From the NCBI GenBank assembly GCA_964549615.1, contig CAZJVP010000072.1, forward strand, positions 38,803 to 102,802: DNA of 64,000 bases, given 5' to 3'. Shown one piece after another: positions 1 through 9,978 of this stretch. The stretch's first letter is position 1; every line of letters starts with the position of its first letter. Position numbers and translations under genes: made by a program. Below the pieces are notes generated by a model. The model saw only the letters and a list, made by a program, of their open reading frames with translations, was not told the origin of the DNA and did not search any database. Origin of the DNA: an uncultured Thermococci archaeon. GTDB taxonomy: Archaea; CAYQAE01; CAYVLA01.

Positions 1-873
1 GCCATGTACGGATACAGAAGGGCCGCCGCCCTGTATCGTGAGATAGGGGACATGAAGGCGTTCGTGCAACAGTCCTTGAACTATGCCAAGGCAGCGGAGA
101 GGGTTCCGGAGTACGCCATCGCGGGCGATGGGTTCAGGGTCGCCGCGGAGTACGAGAAGGAGGGATCTGAACAGAACTATGCGAGGGCGGCAGACAACTA
201 CCGAAAGGCTGGGGAGAAGGCCGAGGCAGACAGGCACACCACCCTTGCATCCGACATGTATGCCGCTGCGGCCGACTGTTACGAGAGGGCCAAGGACTAC
301 CAGAAGGCGATCGAGAATCACCTGAAATCCACAGCGATAAGCGAGAGGAAGAAGCACCTCATCAGGGTCGCAAGGGACTACGGCAAGGTGGCCGAGAACT
401 ACCTCAGGCTCAAGGACTACGAGAAGTCAGCCGAGTTCTTTCTCAAGCACGCTGAGGCCGAGACGAGCAGGGCCAACGTCGCCTACTCGGACGGTTACTA
501 CCGAGCCGGCGCCACATATGTGAAGGCTGGCAAGCTGGACAAGGCAGCGGAAGCTTACCTGAAGCATGCGGAGTTCTCCAATGAGCCGGCGTACGGGTAC
601 AGGAACGCGGCACAATGCTACCAGAAGCTGGGCGACCCGGAGAAGGCGTTGGAGTACTACCTCAAGGCGGTGGACGACGACCTTGCCAAGGGGCGCACCT
701 TTGTGGCCGCGGAGGTGCTCAAACTAGCCAGGACGATCGCCAAGGATAAGTCGAAGATCGACGCAAAGCTTCAGGAGATAAGGGTTCCTGCAGGATTCGA
801 GAAGGCCTCCTTAGAATTCCGAAAGACGCTGGGGAGGGAGCTTCAGCGCAAGGGGCTTCCAGCCCTGACCTAG
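1..873 (+). CDS. TPR/alpha-SNAP-like helical repeat protein (probably 5'-truncated by the window edge)
   Basis: Frame is open from position 1. Repeated A-x-x-Y-x-x-A helices (AADNYRKAG, ASDMYAAAADCYER, AAEAYLKHAE, AAQCYQKLG). Confidence 0.75.
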   Translation, partial: AMYGYRRAAALYREIGDMKAFVQQSLNYAKAAERVPEYAIAGDGFRVAAEYEKEGSEQNYARAADNYRKAGEKAEADRHTTLASDMYAAAADCYERAKDYQKAIENHLKSTAISERKKHLIRVARDYGKVAENYLRLKDYEKSAEFFLKHAEAETSRANVAYSDGYYRAGATYVKAGKLDKAAEAYLKHAEFSNEPAYGYRNAAQCYQKLGDPEKALEYYLKAVDDDLAKGRTFVAAEVLKLARTIAKDKSKIDAKLQEIRVPAGFEKASLEFRKTLGRELQRKGLPALT

Positions 874-889
874 CCGCAAGCGGCCGCGC

Positions 890-2002
890 TTGGTGAAGTT
901 GGTGGATTTGGGGCTAGCGTGGGCGAGGTATCTTAGGCCAACCAAAGTATTCCTGACGGCGGTGGTGCTGGGAGTTGCGCTCGGGCTCGCGCTCTCGATC
1001 CTTGCCCCGCCGATTCTGACCGCGCTCGAGCACGCCCTTTATTTCAGGATCACGAAGCCCCTTGAGATCATACAGAAGCCCCTGTCAGGGATAGTTGGAA
1101 CTGAGGAAGTAACGGCCCTCTACCTGCTTGGGAACAATCTGATCGTGTCGTTCATCGCGGCCTTCGGCGGGGCCATCTTGATCCGATACACGGTGAAGCC
1201 GGGCCAGGAAACCTACACAAGGGAGGGGCGCATCACCAACCTCCTCTGGAGGCTGATAGGGGAGGGGGATGAGAAGTACAAGGAGCCAGCGGTGCTGGCA
1301 TTCCTCCTTCCCTTGGCCGTCGTCTTCGTCAACGGTGGCGTCTTCGGGCTCTTCTCGGTGAGCAATGGGCTGTCGTGGAAGGAACTCTACGTGTACTTGG
1401 CCTACGTGCTTCCACACGGTTCGGTTGAGTTGCCGGCCGTGATCCTCGCCGCAACCATTGGCTACGCCACCGCAGTGAAGCTGGACTCCTTTCTTAGGAA
1501 GGGCGACCTCGAAGCCTTCCTCACATACGCAGGCAGGAGCTTGAAATCCAGAAGGTCTTGGGGCCTTTTCTCCCTCGTCTGCGTCATGCTAGTCTTCGCG
1601 GCGGCCATCGAAGCTTACCTTACCCCCGCCATCGGAAGGACGGCTCTGCAGAACTCATACTTTGATCTTCGCGTGCTAAACGAGTCGGTCAGACAGGGAG
1701 AGCCAGCCTTCTTGGTCGTCCTGGCGTCGTTCGGCGCGACCGTGACCTTTCACAACGGCTCGCTCTCAGGGCCCCCTCTTGAGGTCGAGCTTTTCGGCAG
1801 CAAGCAATATCCCTTTGAGGTCGACGGGCGCAGGATTCAGGCATCGGAGGTCGTCAGCGGCCATCAGCTCCGCATCCCCCCTGACGTCGGTGCCCTCCTC
1901 CTCAAGTTCCGTGTCAGCAACTTGACGCGCACCACCGTGGTGCACATCCTGGCATCCTGTAAGAAGCTGACCCGCGAGTCCAGACTTGAGGTGCTCGCCT
2001 AG
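890..2002 (+). CDS. Stage II sporulation protein M (SpoIIM/DUF95)-like membrane protein with C-terminal soluble domain
   Basis: Several TM segments; family motifs NN (LGNNL), VNG and PHGxxELPA (LPHGSVELPA), and AAxIE (AAAIEAYLTP). Confidence 0.75.
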   Translation: MVKLVDLGLAWARYLRPTKVFLTAVVLGVALGLALSILAPPILTALEHALYFRITKPLEIIQKPLSGIVGTEEVTALYLLGNNLIVSFIAAFGGAILIRYTVKPGQETYTREGRITNLLWRLIGEGDEKYKEPAVLAFLLPLAVVFVNGGVFGLFSVSNGLSWKELYVYLAYVLPHGSVELPAVILAATIGYATAVKLDSFLRKGDLEAFLTYAGRSLKSRRSWGLFSLVCVMLVFAAAIEAYLTPAIGRTALQNSYFDLRVLNESVRQGEPAFLVVLASFGATVTFHNGSLSGPPLEVELFGSKQYPFEVDGRRIQASEVVSGHQLRIPPDVGALLLKFRVSNLTRTTVVHILASCKKLTRESRLEVLA

Positions 2003-2032
2003 CCGGCTCGACGGCAACGCCCAGCGCGCAAG

Positions 2033-2045
2033 TAAGACTTAATAG
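2033..2045 (+). promoter_or_regulatory. Putative BRE/TATA promoter for the SRP RNA-leuA-ilvB-ilvH transcript
   Basis: taagaCTTAATAg is the only AT-rich TATA-like element between the upstream gene and leuA. Implied TSS is about 2066-2070. Confidence 0.55.
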
Positions 2046-2094
2046 CTTGCACCCAGAGCAAGGCTTCTCGGCCAAGGCCTGTTCAGCAGGATCC

Positions 2095-2128
2095 GTGGCC
2101 GATGCACAGGAAGGCAGCTTGCGGCCAA
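2095..2128 (+). CDS. leuA: Predicted exon 1 of the leuA-like gene (MADAQEGSLRP, joined to 2449 after BHB splicing)
   Basis: GTG at 2095 and TTG at 2119 are in frame with the leuA ORF only if 2129-2448 is removed. join(2095..2128,2449..4058) is 1644 nt, or 547 aa plus stop. Confidence 0.45.
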
Positions 2129-2459
2129 CCCGGCGGACTAGGCGGGAGGCTAGGCGTCTCCTGTCACCCGAAATCGTCTATACGCGGGGCTGAATGCCGC
2201 GGGGCGGTTCGGCCGCGGGACGTTGGGCCCGGGTCCCGAACGTTGACTCTCCGTCCCTCAGGGTCGGTGGATGTGGGGCCCCCTTCGGAGGAAGGCGGCA
2301 ACCACATTTGCTTTCCGAACCCCACCAGGCCGGGAACGGAGCAGTGGTAGGAAAGACATGCGGCGCTTGAGGGGCAACGGGGACGAGGTAAGGCTCGACA
2401 AGCCCACGTCCCGCGACGGGCCCACCCGCGGATGTTCGGCGGGGTCGAAGCAGGCTGCC
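2113..2459 (+). other. Canonical bulge-helix-bulge (BHB) splicing-endonuclease motif enclosing the SRP RNA
   Basis: Outer 10-bp helix ggcagcttgc(2113-2122)/gcaggctgcc(2450-2459). Central 4-bp helix ggcc(2123-2126)/ggtc(2443-2446). 3-nt bulges aac(2127-2129) and gaa(2447-2449), each 3' of the central helix. Inner helix ccg(2130-2132)/cgg(2440-2442). Confidence 0.8.
2129..2448 (+). ncRNA. ffs: Archaeal signal recognition particle (7S/SRP) RNA
   Basis: Alu domain: helices 3 and 4, UGU motif, loop-loop complementarity taggcg/cgtcta. Long helix 5 (gcgggacgttgggc/gcccacgtcccgc). Helix 6 ccttc-GGAG-gaagg (2282-2295). Helix 8 SRP54 site ccaggccgGGAAcggagcag (2325-2344). Confidence 0.93.
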
Positions 2460-4058
2460 CGATGGACGGACGGATGGACATGGGAAGGGACGGAGTTCTA
2501 CGTCTCTGACTACAACGACATCGCCCTCGAAAGGGCAAGGCTGCCCGAGCGAGTAGCGATTTTTGACACGACGCTCAGGGACGGCGAGCAGACGCCGGGC
2601 GTCTCCCTGACCGTTGACGAGAAGATACGGATCGCTTGCGCGTTAAATGAACTGGGCGTGGACACCATAGAGGCCGGATTCCCAGCAACATCGGAGGGAG
2701 AACTGAAAGCCATATCCGAAATAGCCGGCCTTGGGCTGAAGAGCGAGATCTGCGCCCTGGCACGGTCCAACCAGAAGGACATCGACCTAGCGTTGAGCTC
2801 CGGGGTCAGCTGCATCCACACGTTCATCGCGACCTCGGACATACACCTGAAACACAAGTTGAAGATGACGAGGGATGAAGCCCTGCAGAAGGCTGTCGAG
2901 ACCATAACATACGCCAAGGAACACGGGGTCGTCGTTGAGTTCTCTGCCGAGGATGCGACGAGGACCGAGCTTGGGTACCTGCTCAGGGTCTACTCAGCTG
3001 CCCAGGACGCAGGCGCTGACAGGATAAACGTCCCGGACACGGTGGGCGCCATGATACCGAGGGCTATGGGGTATCTGGTTGGCAGGGTATGCGAGGCCGT
3101 GAAAGTTCCCGTCTCTGTGCACTGCCACAATGATTTCGGGATGGCCGAGGCGAACTCGCTGGCATCCGTGGAGAACGGCGCGACACAGGTTCACGTCACC
3201 GTCAACGGTCTGGGGGAGAGGGCGGGAAACGCCTCCCTGGAGGAGGTGGTGATGTCCCTGCACTCCTTCTATGGCATCAAGACCAGCATCGTGACCCAGA
3301 AGATCTGTCCGACGTCCCAGCTCGTCTCGCGCCTGACGGGCATTCCCGTGCAGCCCAACAAGGCAATCGTGGGCGAGAATGCCTTCGCGCACGAGTCCGG
3401 CATACACGTCCACGGGGTGCTCGAGTCCGCAGCGACCTATGAGCCGCTGATGCCCGAGATGGTCGGGAGCACCCGGCGGATCGTCCTAGGCAAACACACG
3501 GGAGCGCATGCCATATCGGCCAAGCTCGGCGAGATGGGCATCAAGGCCACGGAGGCGCAGGTATCCGAGATCGCCCAGCGGGTCAAGAAGATAGGCGACA
3601 TGGGCAAGGGGATCACCGACGCCGACCTCATGGCCATAGCGGAGGCCGTCATAGGCAAAGTCCCAGAGGGCAAGCGAACGCTGGAGCTGGTGAACCTGAC
3701 GGTGGTAACCGGCGACAGGACCATACCTACTGCATCACTGGCGCTCATCGTGGACGGCAAGCGAGTTGAAGGTGCCAGCATAGGGGACGGCCCTGTGGAC
3801 GCTGCGATAAAGACGATAAAAGATGTCATCAGGGATTTTGGCAAGGTCGAATTGAAAGAGTACCGGCTCGAAGCCATCACCGGAGGTAGCGATGCGGTTG
3901 CGGAGGTCACAGTCAAGGTGATTGACGATCTGGGCAACCTTGCGACGGCCCGGGGCGTTAGCACCGACATAGTCATGGCGAGCGTTGAGGCCATGATTGA
4001 AGCGGTCAATAGGCTGTTCGCCAAGAGAGGGAAGGAAGGAGGAAAGCCAAGTGGCTGA
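2449..4058 (+). CDS. leuA: 2-isopropylmalate synthase / citramalate synthase (LeuA/CimA family), main exon
   Basis: DTTLRDGEQ, HCHND, GLGERAGN and HESGIH motifs; C-terminal regulatory domain (GDGPVDA, EAITGGSDA); directly upstream of ilvB. Start codon unresolved (see findings). LeuA versus CimA is not distinguishable by eye. Confidence 0.85.
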
Positions 4059-5811
4059 GACCATCAGCGGAGCTGAGGCCCTCATCAGGGCCTTGGAGGC
4101 AGAGAAAGTCAAACACATATTCGGCTTGCCGGGCGGCGCCATCCTCGACGTCTACGACAAGCTCTATGACTCCAAGATCAGGCACATACTCGTAAGGCAC
4201 GAGCAGGTGGCAGCCCATGCCGCGGACGGCTATGCTAGGGCGAGCGGGGAGGTCGGAGTCTGCTTCACAACATCGGGGCCGGGCGCAACCAACCTCACGA
4301 CCGGGATCGCCAACGCCTTCTACGACTCCATCCCGGTCATCGCGGTGACGGGCCAGGTCCCCACTAGGTTGGTCGGCAACGACTCGTTCCAGGAGGCCGA
4401 CACCATCGGCATCTTCATGCCCATAACCAAGTACAACGTCATGGTCAAGTCCGGGTCCGAGATACCCCAGGTCGTGAGAAAGGCCTTCATCATTGCCACG
4501 AGCGGCCGCAAGGGGCCCGTTCACATCGACCTACCAAAGGACACGCAGCAGCAGAAGATAGAGTTCGAGTACCCCCCTGCGGTGAGGATGCTCAAGCGAC
4601 TCTCCAGCCCGCAGGGACACCCGGGCCAGATCAAGAAGGCGGCCCAGATGCTTGCAAATGCCGAGCGACCGGTCATAATCTCGGGAGGCGGGGTCATAGC
4701 CTCTAACGCGTCAAGAGAGCTGGTCAAGCTCGCCGAATCGCTGATGATTCCGGTTGGAGTCACTCTGATGGGAAAGGGATCTTTCCCTGACTCGCATCCG
4801 CTCTCGCTCGGCATGTTCGGAATGCACGGCAGGAAGATTGCCAACGACATACTAAGCGACGCGGACGTCGTGGTCGCCGTCGGGATGAGGTTTGCCGACC
4901 GCGTGACCGGCGACACGTCGACCTTCTGCGCGAACGCGAAGATCATACACATCGACATCGACGCTGCAGAGATCGGCAAGAACGTGAGGCCGGAGATCCC
5001 CATCGTCGGCGATGCCAAACAGGTGCTATCCAAGCTCAACTTGGAAATAGCCAAGCTAAAGCCCGCCAAAAAGGCTGCGTACGCAGAGAAGGTCAAGGAG
5101 TTCATCAAGGAATGCACCTGCTGCCAAGACTACGCCTACGATGAGAAGCCCATCAAGCCCCAGCGCGTAATGAAGGAGCTGAACAGGCTGATAGACCAGG
5201 ACACGATCGTGGTCACCGAGGTTGGCCAGTGCCAGATGTGGAGCGCCCACTACCTGAGAATCGACCGTCCCGGCCAGTGGATATCATCCGGCGGCCTCGG
5301 GACCATGGGTTTCGGCTTTCCCGCATCGATCGGGGCGAAGGTCGCCAGGCCCGAATGCAAGGTCATAGACGTTGCAGGGGATGGCAGCTTCCAGATGGTC
5401 CTGCAGGACCTGGCCACATGCATCATCGAGGACATACCCGTGGCCGTCTGCATCATGGACAACAGGACGCTAGGCATGGTCTACCAATGGCAGGACCTTT
5501 TCTACAACAAGAGGACGTCCGCGACGCTCCTTGACCACGCAGGCGTGGGGAAGGGGAGGGCCGTGCCGGAGGTGCCGGACTTCGTCAAGCTCGCCGAGGC
5601 GTACGGCGCCAAGGGGGTGAAGGTCGACTCGCCGGGAGAGCTCGGCCCAGCCCTCAAGGAGGCGCTCTCCAGCGACATCGTCACGGTCGTTGACGTGAAG
5701 ATAGACAAGGATGAGAAGATGCTTCCCATGGTCAGGGCCGGGGGGTCCATAACGAGCATGATCCTCTCGAGCAGATGCCGGCCCGAGCCCTACCGATTCA
5801 GGGGTGATTGA
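4051..5811 (+). CDS. ilvB: Acetolactate synthase large subunit
   Basis: [28 protein letters not shown] and TPP motif GDGSFQM...N. GTG start after ggagg. Confidence 0.95.
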   Translation: MAETISGAEALIRALEAEKVKHIFGLPGGAILDVYDKLYDSKIRHILVRHEQVAAHAADGYARASGEVGVCFTTSGPGATNLTTGIANAFYDSIPVIAVTGQVPTRLVGNDSFQEADTIGIFMPITKYNVMVKSGSEIPQVVRKAFIIATSGRKGPVHIDLPKDTQQQKIEFEYPPAVRMLKRLSSPQGHPGQIKKAAQMLANAERPVIISGGGVIASNASRELVKLAESLMIPVGVTLMGKGSFPDSHPLSLGMFGMHGRKIANDILSDADVVVAVGMRFADRVTGDTSTFCANAKIIHIDIDAAEIGKNVRPEIPIVGDAKQVLSKLNLEIAKLKPAKKAAYAEKVKEFIKECTCCQDYAYDEKPIKPQRVMKELNRLIDQDTIVVTEVGQCQMWSAHYLRIDRPGQWISSGGLGTMGFGFPASIGAKVARPECKVIDVAGDGSFQMVLQDLATCIIEDIPVAVCIMDNRTLGMVYQWQDLFYNKRTSATLLDHAGVGKGRAVPEVPDFVKLAEAYGAKGVKVDSPGELGPALKEALSSDIVTVVDVKIDKDEKMLPMVRAGGSITSMILSSRCRPEPYRFRGD

Positions 5812-6325
5812 ATTGGAACGAACCCGCATCATCGCAGCTTTGGTCGAGAACAAGCCAGGGGTGCTTCACAGGATCGCCGGGCTGTTCAGCAGGAGGGGTT
5901 TCAACATCGAGTCCATAGCCGTTGGGACCACCGAGAACGAGAGCATCTCCCGGATGACGATAGTCGTGCGAGGCGATGACAGGATCTTGGAACAAGTGGA
6001 GAAGCAGCTCAACAAGCAGGTCGACGTGATCAAGGTCTCCGACCTAGACAGGGACAACAGCGTCGTGAGGGAGCTCTGCCTAGTTAAGGTCAACGCCAAG
6101 AACGAACAGAGCAAGCTCCTATTGATGAATTATGCGGAGATCTTCAGAGCCAGGATAGTGGATGTCAATACCAGCACGCTGACCCTTGAGATCACCGGGG
6201 ACGAGGAGAAGGTCAACGCGCTCATCAACCTCCTCCGGCCCCATGGAATACGAGAGATGGCCAGAACCGGGACCGTGGCCATGGCACGCGGGCCCAAGTC
6301 CACCGAGATTCCCGAAGGGGGTTGA
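5804..6325 (+). CDS. ilvH: Acetolactate synthase small (regulatory) subunit
   Basis: ACT domain ([37 protein letters not shown]); overlaps the ilvB stop. Confidence 0.95.
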   Translation: MIELERTRIIAALVENKPGVLHRIAGLFSRRGFNIESIAVGTTENESISRMTIVVRGDDRILEQVEKQLNKQVDVIKVSDLDRDNSVVRELCLVKVNAKNEQSKLLLMNYAEIFRARIVDVNTSTLTLEITGDEEKVNALINLLRPHGIREMARTGTVAMARGPKSTEIPEGG

Positions 6326-6475
6326 ACCGGAAGGGGCGTTGATGCGGACAGCGACGGATGCCGAGCCTGCTAAATGCCCTCCACCCCTTCTCGCAGTCGA
6401 CCTCGACACCCGCCTTCAAGGTCGGATGAGCTGGGGATCTGAATCCGCAGATGGCATGAGACCTATCCCCGGCCA

Positions 6476-7741
6476 TCAAGCGCCCGACATCCGCGTGACG
6501 GAAACCTCCCGATAGAGCCTTCTCCTCACCATTAGCGTCCACAGGGCAACGCCGGCGAGCATGAACGCGCCGCTGACGACGAGCCACTCGACAAGGTATA
6601 TCCAGAAAAGGGCACGTTCCTTCAGTCTCACTGCGATTTCGCCCAGCCGGCCGATCCGCTCCAAAGCCTCGCCCATCTTCTCCGACGAGGCTTGGTATTC
6701 CAGGGCCAAATACAAGCCCCTTGCCTCATCGACGATCTCCGATACCCCTTTCAGATCCTGCATGACTGGCGCTGCGTTTGCCCCGAACCGCTCTATGAAC
6801 TCGGCTAAGGATATCACATAGACCTGGGCCGAACCAAAGTCCGCGAACTTCCGCCGGAGCCAGTGCACGAGAACGACATCCTCTGGAAGCTTCCTGCCCG
6901 TACTGAAGAGCAGTTCCGCCACCAACATGTCCGGTGCAAAGGGGTTGTACGCAGTGTCCCAGTAACCCCCGATCATGTCCTGGTGGGTCCACGTCACGCC
7001 CTTGCCGTACGTCCAATACATAGTATGAGGGATCCATCCAGGGCTCTCGAATCGCGGGTCGGGATATATCCCCGAGTACCCATAGCGGTACGGGCCGACC
7101 GAGTAGGAGGTGACGATGGCGCCTGGTTTCGGGATTGCGAGGTTCGTCCCGTAGCCGACGAAGGAAGCCTCGACGCCGGAAAGCCCTATGTAGGGCTTTA
7201 GGATCGGCTCGACCTGCGGATGGGTGTTTATGACGACCCGCATGGGGCCGGACCAGGAGTAGTCTACCCTAACCACCGCGTCCGCATCATTCGGAAAGGC
7301 CTCCGACAGGATCGACTCGGCCCAGGCTGTTGACAGAGCGAGCGAGACGCTCATGACGCTCCTAGTCTGCATGCCCCCGAGCCCATCAAGATAGATCGAG
7401 TCGTGCAGCATCTTCTGCTGCTCGGGCGTCAGGACGATGATCTCCATGTTTAGCAGCATCATGTACTCGTACTCCAGAAGCTTGGCGTAAGACCGTGGGA
7501 AGTACAGCCTGACATACCTGTATAGCTCCTCGTACGTCCACCCCGCGTGCGCCCTCGCCGGTATCACGGTTGGATCGGTTAGGGGGTCTGCAACGAGCCA
7601 AGCTGAGACGATAGGCACAGAGCCAACGTGGCCCGCGACGATGACCTTGGCCGGCTTCGGATGGTCGCCGGATGCGATGCCCATCGCTTCCACGAAGGAC
7701 AGGATCGAAAGAAGGACGACAAGCCTGCGCTGCAATCGCAC
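6476..7741 (-). CDS. Uncharacterised membrane-anchored protein (paralog 1 of 4; GATase1/DUF1355-like ectodomain, helical stalk, C-terminal TM)
   Basis: Signal-peptide-like N-terminus, YFPRSY, FIERFGAN, C-terminal ALFWIYLVEW...LWTLMVRRRLYREV. Start chosen at the GTG about 25 nt after a tttatga element. Confidence 0.7.
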   Translation of the reverse strand: MRLQRRLVVLLSILSFVEAMGIASGDHPKPAKVIVAGHVGSVPIVSAWLVADPLTDPTVIPARAHAGWTYEELYRYVRLYFPRSYAKLLEYEYMMLLNMEIIVLTPEQQKMLHDSIYLDGLGGMQTRSVMSVSLALSTAWAESILSEAFPNDADAVVRVDYSWSGPMRVVINTHPQVEPILKPYIGLSGVEASFVGYGTNLAIPKPGAIVTSYSVGPYRYGYSGIYPDPRFESPGWIPHTMYWTYGKGVTWTHQDMIGGYWDTAYNPFAPDMLVAELLFSTGRKLPEDVVLVHWLRRKFADFGSAQVYVISLAEFIERFGANAAPVMQDLKGVSEIVDEARGLYLALEYQASSEKMGEALERIGRLGEIAVRLKERALFWIYLVEWLVVSGAFMLAGVALWTLMVRRRLYREVSVTRMSGA

Positions 7742-7901
7742 CGGCCACAGCCTGCCGTAGAACTCATAAATCTTCCGGGACCCGATCCAAAACACAGCCA
7801 GATATGACGCAGCAGCTTGGGTTTGCCCCTTCAAGTAGCCACGATCCCTGGCCGCATAGCAGACTGCAGCCCATGCCCGGGATGGATCTCCGCTCTGTCC
7901 C

Positions 7902-8897
7902 TTACTCCCTCAGCCAGGGCATCATCGCCCTGATCCGAGCGCCGACCTCCTCGATCGGGTGCTGCGCGCCGGCCCTCTCCAACGCCTTGAACCTGGGTCT
8001 TCCCGCCTGATTCTCAAGAATCCACTCGGTGGCGAACTCGCCCGACCGGATCTCGTCCAGGATCTTGCGCATCTCGTCCCTGACCCTTCCGTTTATGACC
8101 CGCTTACCCCTGGTGAGATCGCCGTATTCGGCGGTGTCGGAGACCCTTCTGCGCATCCCGGTTATGCCCTCAGCATGGATCATGTCCACGATCAGCTTCA
8201 GTTCGTGACAGACCTCCAGGTAGGCGCACTCCGGCTGGTAACCGGCCTCCACCAAGACGTCGAACCCCGCCTTGATCAACTCCGAGACGCCTCCGCAGAG
8301 CACGGTCTGCTCACCGAATAGATCGGTCTCTGTTTCCTCAGCGAAGGTGGTCTCCAAGACTCCGGCCCTCGTACAACCCAAGCCCTTGGCATAGGCCAAA
8401 GCCAGATCCAGGGCTTTCCCGCTTGGGTTCTGGTGCACGGCCACCAGGGCAGGCACCCCCTTGCCCTGCTCGAACATCCTTCGCACGAGGCTTCCGGGCC
8501 CCTTGGGCGCGACCATGAACACGTCAACGTCCTCAGGAGGTATGATCTGGTGGTAGTGGATGTTGAAGCCGTGGGCAAAAACCAGGGCTTTGCCCGCCGA
8601 AAGATGCTCGACTATCTGGTCCCTGTAGACCTTCGGTTGGATATCGTCTTGGGTCAGGATCGCGATCACGTCGGACGCCTCGGCCAGCCGGGGCGTGGTC
8701 ATGACGTTCCATCCAAGGTTCTCTGCCCTTCTCCAGGCCTCGCTCCCCGGCAGCTCGCTGACGATCACCTTCACGCCGCTATCCCTCAGGTTCATGGAAT
8801 GGGCGCTGCCCTGTATGCCGGCCCCGCCAACGATTCCCACGGTCTTCCCTCCGAGGTGGGAGAGATCCGCATCCTTATCGTAGTAGATGACGGCCAT
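7902..8897 (-). CDS. ilvC: Ketol-acid reductoisomerase
   Basis: [42 protein letters not shown]. Confidence 0.95.
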   Translation of the reverse strand: MAVIYYDKDADLSHLGGKTVGIVGGAGIQGSAHSMNLRDSGVKVIVSELPGSEAWRRAENLGWNVMTTPRLAEASDVIAILTQDDIQPKVYRDQIVEHLSAGKALVFAHGFNIHYHQIIPPEDVDVFMVAPKGPGSLVRRMFEQGKGVPALVAVHQNPSGKALDLALAYAKGLGCTRAGVLETTFAEETETDLFGEQTVLCGGVSELIKAGFDVLVEAGYQPECAYLEVCHELKLIVDMIHAEGITGMRRRVSDTAEYGDLTRGKRVINGRVRDEMRKILDEIRSGEFATEWILENQAGRPRFKALERAGAQHPIEEVGARIRAMMPWLRE

Positions 8898-9086
8898 CTT
8901 GTGCCCCTCGCCTCTTCCCCCGAAGCAACAAAGCTTAAAACTATAACTTGTATCCTCCCCGGCCAAAGGAGTGCCTCCCCGGAACGCTCCTTGAACCGCA
9001 AGCTCACGCGATGACCATGACTTTCGAGAAGATGGCCGCAGGTCAGCAGTTCGCTGCATGAGCATCCGAAAGAGAAATCAACCACG

Positions 9087-9929
9087 GTGGCAAAGCTGAT
9101 CGACATGTTCGGCAAGATCGGCGCATCGACCTGGACGTTCGTCGCCCGGCCCATAGCCGATTGCCTCGAGCCAATCGAGCGAATCGGTTTCAGATCCATA
9201 GAGGTGTGGGCTGATCATGCCGCGCATTTTGACCTGGACGATTCGGACGACGTGAACCGATTGCGAGATCACCTATCCGCGTTCCGCATACGAGCCGAAT
9301 CTCTGCACATGCCCTTCGGTAGGACGCTCGACATCTCCAACCCCGATCCCAAGGTCAGGACGGAAGCCGTGAGGATGACGATTCGTCGCATCAGGGCAGC
9401 ATCGAAGATCCCCGTTGAAGAGGTGGTGATTCATCCCGGACACGCCCGGGAGGTCGGCGAGGAACCCAAGAGATACGAGATGGCGGCCGCAAGCCTTGAA
9501 CAGATCTGTTCGGCGGCCGATGACCTAGGGATTCGGGTGTGCGTGGAGAACCTCCACAGCGTCGGCCAACTTGCCTTCTGCGACACGTTGCCCAAGACGT
9601 TGCATCTTGTCAGATCGATCGAGGGTCATGCACCTGGCATCTGCGTCGATACCAGCCACGCCAACCTCATGGGCGGGCTTGCCGAAGAGATGGAGATCTG
9701 CGGGACCTCGGTACTCAGGACGCACATCTCCGACAACCTCGGCGCGAGCGACGATCATCTACCTCCAGGGGATGGCGAGATCAACTGGCAACAGGTTCTC
9801 ACCAGCCTAAGGCGGATCTCGTATCGGGGGTCCCTGATGCTGGAGATCGACGGCACCAAGGGACCGGAACGGATCCTCTCGAGGGCCCGCTCCAGGCTCA
9901 AGACGATCATCTCGAAATGGAGAGGATAG
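9087..9929 (+). CDS. Sugar phosphate isomerase/epimerase (xylose isomerase-like TIM barrel)
   Basis: SLHMP, VIHPG, CVEN, DTSH, HISDN, DHLPPGDGEI, LEI metal-ligand pattern. Confidence 0.85.
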   Translation: MAKLIDMFGKIGASTWTFVARPIADCLEPIERIGFRSIEVWADHAAHFDLDDSDDVNRLRDHLSAFRIRAESLHMPFGRTLDISNPDPKVRTEAVRMTIRRIRAASKIPVEEVVIHPGHAREVGEEPKRYEMAAASLEQICSAADDLGIRVCVENLHSVGQLAFCDTLPKTLHLVRSIEGHAPGICVDTSHANLMGGLAEEMEICGTSVLRTHISDNLGASDDHLPPGDGEINWQQVLTSLRRISYRGSLMLEIDGTKGPERILSRARSRLKTIISKWRG

Positions 9930-9978
9930 TACGGTTGCCAGCTGGATCCAACCCTACCTTGGGGGACGGGATGCGAGG

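Noticed and set aside
2102-2350. 82-aa ORF from ATG 2102, and the antisense ORF 2164-2538
   Set aside because: Both overlap the SRP RNA. ATG 2102 is not in the leuA frame after BHB splicing.
2271-2448. ORF-track N-terminal extension of leuA (GTG 2271, ATG 2358 or TTG 2367)
   Set aside because: These starts lie inside the highly structured SRP RNA, and the translated sequence has no LeuA-like character.
2463-2510. Short out-of-frame ORF MDGRMDMGRDGVLRL as a Leu/Val attenuator peptide
   Set aside because: Only three branched-chain residues and no terminator/antiterminator structure seen. Kept only as the indel alternative for the leuA start.
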